Source: Rhynchobatus australiae (lineage: Eukaryota). Taken from it: 64,000 nt of DNA. The translations under genes were made by a program, and so were the position numbers. Below, piece by piece: positions 25,905 through 36,570 of this stretch. Under the pieces are notes generated by a model. It did not search any database and was not told where the DNA came from. It saw only the letters and a list, made by a program, of their open reading frames with translations. Numbering within the stretch: position 1 is the first letter of the stretch; the number at the start of each line of letters is the position of its first letter. The DNA is taken from NCBI GenBank assembly GCA_034780895.1, contig JAUZTB010000001.1:127478307-127542306 (forward strand). Reading direction: 5' to 3'.

Positions 25905-26760
25905 TGAACTTGCATTTTATTTTAGGACCTCATTAGTTGGCAACAGCTTTCGAATGTCTTGAGGTATGGCCACTGTCTTAAGAAGCAGAGCACTCCATTT
26001 GCACACAGCTAACTCCCCCAAACAACACTGTGATAGATTTATGCTGGCAGTTGGGGGTTAAATATTGGTCAGCATCCCAAGAGAACTTCAGTAAAAATCA
26101 TACCATGGGATTATTTAATGAGGAATATTGTGTTCAGGTCTGGTTTCCATAACTAAGGAAGGATCAACTTGCAAAAGGGGAAATGAAGTGAAGGTTGGTG
26201 AGATTGGTTACTGGAATGGCAGGAATGAAGAGAGAGTCATGGGTGGCGATCTTTTGGAAAAATATCAAATCCTTGACAGGGTAGATGAAGGGATTATGAC
26301 TAGGTATCTAAAACCAGGACATCACAATCTCAAAATAGGGGTTGGCTTTTCAGGACAGAGATGAGAAGAAATTTCTTCACCCAGAAGGTGGTAAATCTTG
26401 AGAATTCTAGTCAAATGGGCTGTGGATATTCAGTCTCCAGGTATATTCAGGACAGAAATCAATAGATTTTTAGATTTCAAGGGAATCAAGGGATTATGGA
26501 GTTACTGCAAGAAAGTGAAGCTGAAATCAGACTTTATCCATGGTCTTAGTAAATAGTTTAGCGGGCACAAAGGGCTGAATCGCCCACATTTCCAATGTTC
26601 TTCACATTCACCTGATAGGGCAGTCTGAGCCATTGGGCAATGCCTCATCCAAGAAAATAACATTCCTGGTATCACGGGACTAACTCAGTTCCACATTATC
26701 TGGCTGGATTTTGTACTCACGCCTCTGATGTAGTACCTGAAACCACAGTTGGCTCAGCCA
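25905..26760 (-). mobile_element. Deu-domain SINE split by a plus-strand CR1 fragment (26118-26600)
   Basis: The left part ends ...ataccatgggattattta and resumes after the CR1 as cattcacctgatagggcag...cctcatccaag, which is collinear with the recalled Deu consensus. Confidence 0.6.
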
Positions 26761-26832
26761 ACTTTCATACAGGGACACAAAATGACAGGGAAAGCTAGAT
26801 TCTCATAAGGTCCACTCTCTCTCCAGAAACAA

Positions 26833-29800
26833 TGCTGTGCATCATTCAACAGCTGAAAGGCAAATTAAACTTTAAATATTAGAAACAGAATTATAATGAA
26901 AAAGTAAGAGTATCAATTTATTTTTTTTGTGGAGGTTATTACTAATTTGTGTACTGTTAATAAGTCACAAAGTAAAATGAACTCTACAGTAACTGAATAT
27001 TTAAGACCTTGAAGTTATGCTGTGTTTACAAATTAGTTTACGAATATGTAACACATTGATAAAAATCACTTTGTTCATTTTTTAAACTGGGGTTGGCCAA
27101 TTTGAAACTGGTTTAAGTAGCTAAGGAATTTAATCCAAACACCTTGTGCTTGCATGTTGAAATTTGCAACACATGATTGGAAGGCCAGAATCTTGTCAAA
27201 TTAGTGTAATATCAGAGCACTCTAAACAATGCAGAAACAAGGATTTCTTCTCCCTATAAAAATGCTGTATTTATTTATTTTTCCTCCCACACCGGCTTTT
27301 TCCTATCTTTTCCCTCTAATCCAATGTTCACGTCTTCTGGTTTCTGTCACTTCCCATCTCTTGTTCTCCCTTTCTCTCTTCTTAATTCACACCCCTCACC
27401 CTCAGATTTGCTCACAGATTCTCCACTTCTAAAGCCATCCTCTCCCTCTCTCCACACAAATACTGTGCCCATTTTCTTCAGCCCCTGAACTACCACTGCT
27501 CTCAGTTTCTTCTGCTACCTCCACCGCCATTCCAGTAGACTACTTCCACACACTGTGTTTGATGCTGCCAATTACTAACTGGAAACTCAGTGACTAGGAA
27601 ATCAGAGTAAACACTAAATATGGTCTGTAATTGAGAACTTGTTGATAGTGTGCCTGGAATACTGCCTGCCAGACATATTATAGTTGTGCAGTGGAGAGAT
27701 TATATGATTGTACTTCAAACAACAGTGCAACTAGAACATTGCCAATAATGTCAGAAGCACCTTTTATCTCAAATTATACTTGATCTCAACACACAAACAG
27801 TATATCTCACAATTTTGTGTTGCATGTTATTCTCTTTATGATGTCTTCCCAGGTCAAACTGTATCCGCTGAAGATGGTTGCAGACAGAATTTCTATCTGA
27901 TCCTACGGAGAACATTCTTGGATAATAATCCCTCAGGAGATTAGGTAAATAAACCAGAGTCTACTAGAGAAAGTTGTGAGCAACCTGCCCATATTAAATG
28001 GGCAGAATGGTCTCCTGTCATTCCACCTTTCACATCTTGGATATACTGAACTAACATTCCGTTGGATTTTTAATTTAGTTGACCACTGTTTGTTCAGTAA
28101 GTGTACATTGCCTACTAAACAACTTGTTGTTCAAGTTTTCATACCACATTGATTACACTGTCAGTTGAAGTGATACATTTTTCAATAATTTCCAGTCAGC
28201 TTTGTTAATTCCAATTCAATAACTCAATTCTGATTTGATCAGTTTTACAGGACTTTTAGCAAAAATAGTATGAAGTTGGAATAACATAGCACCTTAAACA
28301 TACCAATATATTTTCCAGTTCCACTCAGTAGTGATTATTAAACAAGATTTTACAACCAAGCCACATACAGAGCTATCAGAATTGGTGGGCAAAAGCTTGG
28401 TCAAAGAGAATTTTAAAGATGGCTAGAAAAGCTGACAGATAGAACATTTCAAGGAGGGAAATGCCGTAGTTGGAAGTCTCAGTATCTGAAGACAAATGGC
28501 TACTAATATGATCAGAGAAAAGCAAGTGATGGAATCTAGATATGGGCATTTTAATAATCATACGTTAGCTTCTCTAGTGCCACTACCACTAAAAACAGGC
28601 TCAAAATGCCTACCTTAGCCTGTTAGCTTTACACCAGATCACACAGAAGCAGAATCCATGTTAGAAATGTGAAGCTCTACTACAAAAATTGTCAGAAGTT
28701 GAAAGAAATTCTCATCAAAGCAGCTATTAATTAGAACGAGAAGCACAGCATCAAGAATAATTTGCATTTCTGTAACACTCTTCAGATCAAAAGAAAAATG
28801 CATTAGAGTACAGGACTGAGGGAAAGATGGCAAACAGAAAGAAAGAGCTGGGTAGCTGGAAGAGGGGGAGGATGGTGGGAGGGAAAACTGATAGTGAACC
28901 ATTATCAAGAGCTCAGCTGAAGAACAATATTATTAGTTGGGTTTTGATAGACTGCAGGGAAGTAGAGGAATTTAGGACAAGAATTGCTGTTGGCACAGAC
29001 ATTGTGGGTGGAAGATATGACAGATGTTGGAGCAGAATAAGGTGGTAAAATGTACTGACATAAAGGAAAATACAATTTTGATGTTAACTGTGAGATTTCA
29101 ATTTAGCAGAAAAAAATAGCCAAATTAGATTTAACAGTACATTTGACATAGCATTTAAGAAAGCAAAGTATTTAATTTGGACATGTCTGAGATTTCACCA
29201 TGGAGTGATTGATAATATTGAAAGTTATATTGGGCACAATGACAGCTTCTGGGTTTATATGTCAATAATCCTAATAATAATATGTTTTAAAGTCCTTTTC
29301 CAAGAACGAATATCTGGGCAATTTGCAACTCAGAATCAATGTTGTCAGTTGCAGGTCAGTCATTTAACTCTTGAAATAGATTTTTGTTTGGAGCTTGGAG
29401 CTAAATGGAAGGGATTACTGTCAATGTTTCATTCTAATTGTGCTGTTTATATTGCTCATTCTTTACACATTGTTCATTTTACACTCAGGTTTCACATTTC
29501 CTTTTCTATTTCTGCTCACAATGTCAGTACAACTGCTACCTCTCTCGATGTTACTGAAGTTCATTGGATTTTAGAAATGGGGTTGGATCTGTTATTTATG
29601 CTGTAATCAGTGTACATTTCACAACAAAATATCTGGCTGGAAAATGGCAAACTCCTCTCCCTTTATGTACTCTTGCTAACTGGTAGTTTATTGTTTAGAG
29701 TACTCTGACATTACACTAATTTGGCAAGATTGTGGCCTTCCAATTATGTGGTGCAAATTTCTACATGCAAGCACGAGGTATTTGGATTAAATTTCTTAGC

Positions 29801-30190
29801 TACTTAAACCAGTTTCAAATTGGCCAACCCCAGTTTAAATAATGAACAAAGTGATTTTTATGAATGTGTTAAATATTTGCAAACTAATATTCACACAGCA
29901 TAATTTCAATGTCTTAAATATTCAGTTGCTGTGGAGTTCATTTTACCTTGTGACTTCTTAACAGTACACAAATTAGCAATAGATTCTACAGAAAAAAATA
30001 AATTGNNNNNNNNNNNNNNNNNNNNNNNNNNNNNNNNNNNNNNNNNNNNNNNNNNNNNNNNNNNNNNNNNNNNNNNNNNNNNNNNNNNNNNNNNNNNNNN
30101 NNNNNATTGATACTCTTACTTTTTCATTATAATTCTGTTTCTAATATTTAAAGTTTAATTTGCCTTGCAGCAGTTGAATGATTCACAGCA
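26833..30190. repeat. Long imperfect inverted repeat: arms 26833-27230 and 29690-30190, loop about 2.46 kb
   Basis: For example tttaaactggggttggccaatttgaaactggtttaagtagctaag (27081-27125) pairs with cttagctacttaaaccagtttcaaattggccaaccccagtttaaa (29795-29839). Similarity extends across both arms. Confidence 0.95.
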
Positions 30191-30669
30191 GATGAAATCT
30201 GTTACAGCACATCTCTAATGAAGTACGTTGAACTGTTATATTATAAAGTGTTGGGTCTCCCACAGCATTGATCACTGTAAGTGAAGGGAGATGCTGCTTT
30301 ACTAACTGACCCACTGAACTTAAAAACCTTCTCCATTCTAAACCAGAAGTGCTTAGTGTGCAACTGGATAACTCTGCTTGTGTAGCTCCTCCAAAGGGTT
30401 AGTTCCCCTCAATTGCTTTTCTCAGCACTCTCTGCTTCAGGATGTTTGCCTCCATCATTGTGCTGCTCATCGGACATGTAACTTTCTGTAACCTTCCATC
30501 TCCCAGTTAGGTTGTCATAGCCTGAGTTTCTTTCCTTTCTCTGTTTTCTCCATACCACTAGCATTCCATTTCTTTGTCAATGCCCACAGGTTGCCACTTC
30601 CTCTTTTATTTCTTTAACTGGTTATCTCTGGCTTCAAGTCAGCCATGTAGTCTGATGTCCGTACATATA

Positions 30670-30855
30670 TAGGTTTCCTCCAGTTGCTCCGGTTTCCTCC
30701 CACATTCCAATGACGTACAGGTTAGGAAGTTGTGGGCATGCTATGTTGGTGCCAGAAGTGTGATGACATTTGCAGACTGCCCCTAGAACACTCTACGCAA
30801 AAGATGCATTTCACGGTGTATTTGGATATGCATGTGACTGATAAAGATCTTATAT
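30670..30855 (+). mobile_element. 5'-truncated V-SINE with non-CR1 tail
   Basis: V-domain followed by gcatttcacggtgtatttggatatgcatgtgactgataaagat. Same family as 43006-43305. Confidence 0.85.
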
Positions 30856-31527
30856 ATGAGAACAAGGAAACCAGGCCAGCATCATGTCTGTGGTTCCCAT
30901 CCTCTTTCCATCTCCCATTATTTCAAATTGTATGATTTTGTTTTCTTCCTTCCGTGTGGTATTTGCCTGTCTGTCTGAAGTACCTTCCACACTTTACAGT
31001 TTTTCTCTTTTAATATCATCTCTTCCTTCCTTTGAATATCTCTTTCCATCCATTCTGCCTCTCTCTAGTTTCTCTATTTGACCTTTCACCTCCCTGTCTC
31101 CAGGTTCTCTGCTGTGCTCTGTCATTCTTATGCTGGCTTTCTTTTCCCTCCTCTTACCAGTCTGCTGCTTCCTTTTCATCTCTCAGTGCTTCAGAGTGAC
31201 TAAATCAATAATAAGGTAAAAAAGTTGGTGTGTGTCTTCTCACCACTTTTTATATATCTCCTCAAATATACCCTTTCAGAGTCTCCCTATTCGCAGCCTC
31301 CACTGAAATAAGCATGGTTATATCTTTGTTCAGATGGGTTGGCCGTTTTCAAAAAAAAAGAATTGTATAAAAGGAATCGTGGTTCTGTGAAGAAAAACAC
31401 CTTGTGTATACAATAGTTGTTCAGAGTTCTTATTATTTTACCACTGAATTTTACCTCAAGTTGAAGCCATTTGACCTATTCTGTTTGTCTCATACACTTC
31501 CTCCCTGCCCTGTAAAGTACTTTCACA

Positions 31528-32520
31528 AACATAGAGCAGTGCAGTACAGGAGAAGGGCCTTCAGCCCACCACGTCTGCGCCCACCATGGTGCCGATCTTA
31601 CAAATTCCATCTGCTTGCAGATGGTCTGTATTCCTCTATTCCCTGCATTTCGTGTGTCTGCCTGAATGGCTCTTAAACATTGTGATTGTATTTGCATCTA
31701 CCAACTCCCCTTCAGCCTTCCTACCACTCACTATGTAAAAAACCTGCCTTGCACATCTTCTTTAAACTTTCCCCCTCTCATCTCAAAGCAATGCCCTCTA
31801 ATATATGACATTTACGCCCTGGAGAAAAGACTATCCATCCTATCTATGCCTCTCATATGCTTCCATCAGGTTGTCCCTCAGCCTCAGATGTTCTTGAGAA
31901 AACAATCCAAGTTTGCCTAATTTCTCATAGCTAATGTACTCTAACCTAGGCAATATCCTGGTGAACTTCTGCACCCTCTTTAAAGCCTCCAGATCCTTCT
32001 CGTAATGTGGCGACCTCTCCTGCATAAAGCCACGCTGACTTTCCCTAATAAGTGTATGCATTTCCAAATGCAAATAAATCCGATCCCTAAGAATCTTCTC
32101 CGGTAATTTCCCTACGACTGAAGTAAGTTTTCCCCTTTGCCTTTCTTAAACAAAGGAGCAACACTGGTTATTTTCCAGTCGTCTGGGACCCTGCATGTAA
32201 CTACAGGAGTTATAAAAATCTCTGTCAAAATCCCAGCAGTCTCCTCCCTTGCCTCCTTCATTATCCTGGGATAGATTCCATCTGGCCTTGGGGACATCCA
32301 CGTTAATGTTTTTCAAGAGACCCATTACCTCCTCCTCCTAATATTGACGTGCCCTGGGATATCAATAAACAAGTCCCTGATTTCACCATCATCTATTGTC
32401 CTTCTACATGGTGCAAACCAATGTGAAGTACTGACTGGGGATCTCACCCACTTTCTCTGATTCCAGGCACAGATTCTGTCCTTTGTCCTTGAGTGGACCT
32501 ATTCTTTCCCTGGTTACCCG
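31528..32520 (-). mobile_element. Internally deleted CR1 LINE
   Basis: Peptides SPRPDGIYPRIMKEAREE, PDDWK...VAPLFKKG and ALKRVQKFTRILP, with the tail at about 31530-31570. Confidence 0.85.
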
Positions 32521-32739
32521 TACTTCCTTTTCAGAGAAATTATGTTTTTTTGTCTTTCAGGCAGAGAATACAGAGTTGCAGCGAGGCTCAGTGTTAAAAA
32601 TATGATCCTGAATTTTTCTGTGCCTTATACGATATTGACACCAGAAGGTAGATCTTTCTCTTAGGTCAATTATGTGAAATGGGTGTGATGATGGTGGACA
32701 TCTGTTTGACCCACCCTAAGTTAGTCAAAATGAACATTA

Positions 32740-32935
32740 TAAGATAAGATTTTTATTAGTCATATGTACATCAAAACACACAGTGAAATACGCCTTTTTG
32801 TGTTACTGAGAATGTACTGGGGGCAGCCCACAAGTGTCACCACTCTTCTGGCGCCAACATAACATGCCCACAACTTCCTAACCCATACGTCTTTGGAATG
32901 TGGGAGGAAAGTGGAGCAGCCGGAGGAAACCCAGC
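32740..32935 (-). mobile_element. 5'-truncated V-SINE with non-CR1 tail
   Basis: Closely matches 33366-33560 and 43006-43200. Confidence 0.85.
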
Positions 32936-33365
32936 CAAATGCCAGGAATATATTTGAGCCCGTGGCTGACAATTCGACACCCATTTAGTGTTCGGAAAGA
33001 AAAGTACAATTTCTAATCCCCAAGCTACTGCAGGAAGAATTGGTGAAATAGTGCAGCATAATATAGCCACAGTCTGCAATTCACAAAGTGAAGGAAGGTC
33101 AGAACAAAATGTTGAGCCCCTGTGTGCACAGACATTCTGAGTACCAGCATGGTGACTCTAGAATGTTACATGATGGAATGTAAAATCATTTTGCAGAAAT
33201 TGATTGGAGGGAAAATTTAAATTTGAAACATTATTCACAATATAATTGGTGCATTACAAAAGCAGAAACTAAGCAATTAAAAAGAAGCAACGTGCAAAAT
33301 TTTAACCAGTGGGGGTAGAGGATATTCGACAGGCAGGGCCTGGATGACAAAAAGGACAGAAGTTT

Positions 33366-33650
33366 AAGATAAGATAAGGTTTCTTTATTAGTCACATGTA
33401 CATCGACACACACCGTGAAATACATCTTTTGCGTAGAGTGTCCTGGGTGCAGCCCGCAAGTGTCGCCACGCTTCTGGCACCAACATAGTATGTTCACAAC
33501 TTCCTAACCCATACATCTTTGGAATGTGGGAGGAGACCGGAGCACCCGGAGGAAACCCACGCAGTCATGGAGAGAACGTACAAACTCTTTACAGACAGCG
33601 GCTGGAATTGAACCCGGGTCATTGGCGCTGTAAAGCATTACGCTAACCGA
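33366..33650 (-). mobile_element. Near full-length V-SINE with non-CR1 tail
   Basis: tRNA head with B box (gggttcaattcc on minus), V-domain and (tctta)n tail. Confidence 0.9.
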
Positions 33651-35919
33651 TTATTTAATGCGAAGTAGAACAACAGGAGCAAAGTTCTCAGTATTAAAGT
33701 GATAAATGTTTTAACACTACTATTTAAAACTAGAGGTATTGATATAGTTCTACTTATCAAGGAAATAAGTCAAAAGAAATATAGCATTTAATTTTTGCCA
33801 GTTGGATGGAGTTTATCCAAGTTGCTTGGTGGTTTTTATTTAATAAAATAATTCAGTCAGTTGCAAATTAAAGGTGGAAAGAAATTCAGATCAGTGCTTC
33901 AACTGGCTACATCCTGGTTGTCTACAACAAGCTGTGAAAACATTAGACTTGAACAAAAAGGCTGTGTTAGGCAGGCAGTGTCATGAAAATCCAGCAAAAG
34001 GTCACCTAGTGAGGGGGATATCTGGAACTAGGAAAGAGTAATGCTCAGGAAATGATCTTTTCAGCATTTTTACCAAGGTCACAAAAAATCTACTTGTGCC
34101 TCTAAGTCCTGGTGTCTGTGTACAATCTCAGCAAGATATTGAACTCATTGTGGAGTCACCTTACTGTTATTTTAGAACAGCTGGGCAATAAAACTGGAAT
34201 TCCAAGGATAGGTTGTGTTATCAGGAGGTATTGAGAAAATATTGCTGTGTTCTGGAATGGCAGCTAGGGAAAGAGAAAACTGATAGCCACCCACAGCCCA
34301 CTGTTCTATCCACACAGCTCCAGACATTGCCAGCTATGTTTGCTGCTGACTCCTCCTCGTGGAATTTCCATCAGCTTCTACAGCAGATCAACAGGACCTC
34401 CAAAAAAGTGACATAAATGGTTAAAGATGACCTGGCTTCCATTATTCCAAGCTTGCAGCCAGCATTCTATTGAAGTTTCATGGGAAGATTAGGAATGTCT
34501 TGAGAAAAGTCAGAGCCCATGTCCATGATGATGTTAGCACAACTGATACAAGTGTCCTAACCCCGGGGACGGTGCTTCCTTGGAGTCCATGAGAAGGTTT
34601 CACGGGCTTGTCAAAAAATATATTACTATGCCTTCTTTCTTCCAATTTAGATCAAAGAACATTTACAGCACAGTACAGGCCCCTCAGTCCACAATGTTGT
34701 GCTGACATTTTATGTTCAGCCATGATCCCCTAGTGAATGAACAGTCTGTACCTATATTTGAACAGCAAGCCTGTGCAAGTACTTCTGCTCACATGTACAG
34801 AATAGCCATTTGGTCCGTGTTGACGGTGTGACAGGAAATCTGTACAAGCTGTCGATTTGTACGGGCTTGTTCAAATTTCCCAGGATGTTTGTAGGTGCCT
34901 GTACTGATTTATGGCCAATTTCTTCATGCCCNNNNNNNNNNNNNNNNNNNNNNNNNNNNNNNNNNNNNNNNNNNNNNNNNNNNNNNNNNNNNNNNNNNNN
35001 NNNNNNNNNNNNNNNNNNNNNNNNNNNNNNNNNNNNNNNNNNNNNNNNNNNNNNNNNNNNNNNNNNNNNNNNNNNNNNNNNNNNNNNNNNNNNNNNNNNN
35101 NNNNNNNNNNNNNNNNNNNNNNNNNNNNNNNNNNNNNNNNNNNNNNNNNNNNNNNNNNNNNNNNNNNNNNNNNNNNNNNNNNNNNNNNNNNNNNNNNNNN
35201 NNNNNNNNNNNNNNNNNNNNNNNNNNNNNNNNNNNNNNNNNNNNNNNNNNNNNNNNNNNNNNNNNNNNNNNNNNNNNNNNNNNNNNNNNNNNNNNNNNNN
35301 NNNNNNNNNNNNNNNNNNNNNNNNNNNNNNNNNNNNNNNNNNNNNNNNNNNNNNNNNNNNNNNNNNNNNNNNNNNNNNNNNNNNNNNNNNNNNNNNNNNN
35401 NNNNNNNNNNNNNNNNNNNNNNNNNNNNNNNNNNNNNNNNNNNNNNNNNNNNNNNNNNNNNNNNNNNNNNNNNNNNNNNNNNNNNNNNNNNNNNNNNNNN
35501 NNNNNNNNNNNNNNNNNNNNNNNNNNNNNNNNNNNNNNNNNNNNNNNNNNNNNNNNNNNNNNNNNNNNNNNNNGGGAAGCAATAATCCTACCAGCAGTCT
35601 GAACTTTAAGTTCTAAGAGCTCTTTTTCCAAGTTCTCTCATTTGTGTCCTGGGTCAAATTCAAATAAGCCTCTTGGGTAAGATATTGAAAAACTTGCCTT
35701 TGGAATAAGAATTTCAGCAGGGACTGTTGTTATTATTTTAATTTGCAAACAGAAGTACATTTTTTTCTTTATGCCAAACAACCCACCAACAAAATCGACA
35801 ACAAATAGACCACATATGGCTTGGCAAAGTGAAGTTTTAGAGGATGTGATTTTTATCAGGAGTTGCTCATTGTGGTGATTTTTGCGAGAGCAGTCACACC
35901 CATGCCTTTGAGTCAAAGA

Positions 35920-36570
35920 ATGTGTCTTGAAAAAAAACTCCCACACTTGGACTTGTAACTGTGCTGATGCTCCAAGGCAGCCCTGATTGGGAGTGGTGCT
36001 GACACAAAGTACCCTTCTTCAATTAGGATATTAATCACCTCAATGGTGCACACAATTGTATAGGGCTGTCCTCTGGGTTACCTTGCCAAAATCTATCCCA
36101 TAGCCAACAACAATAAAATCAGTTGTTCAGTCATTAGTCTCATTGCTGGTTGTGGGACCTTGTGGACTCAAATTGTTGGCTGTGATTTCTGTGTTATTGA
36201 GCAGCATAATGGCATGCTCCCCATTTGACTGGATAACTACAGCTCCTGTGGCACTCAAGAAACTTGAAGCTATTGAAAACAAAGAGCCTTGTTTGACTGG
36301 AACCCGATCCACCACCCTAAGCATTCGTTCATGATTTCATGATGAGCTGGTAAAGTTGGGTACAAAATTGGCTTGGTCACGGAAGATGATGTAGTGACAA
36401 AGGGACATTTCTCTGACTGGAGGTCTGTGACCAGTGGTGTTCCACAAGGAGTGATGGAGCCTCTATTGTTTGTGGATTAAAGTGTAGGTAGTCAGATTAG
36501 TAAATTTGCAGACAACACGAAAATAGGTGGAGTTGTGGATAGTGAGGAAGGTTGCCAAATAATACAGCCA
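35920..36570 (+). mobile_element. Composite of a Deu-SINE remnant (35920-36200), an old LINE piece (36200-36335) and a CR1 RT fragment (36335-36570)
   Basis: Deu-like cagtcattagtctcattgctggttgtgggaccttg and CR1 gtgaccagtggtgttccacaagga...aaatttgcagacaacacgaaaataggtgg. Confidence 0.6.
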
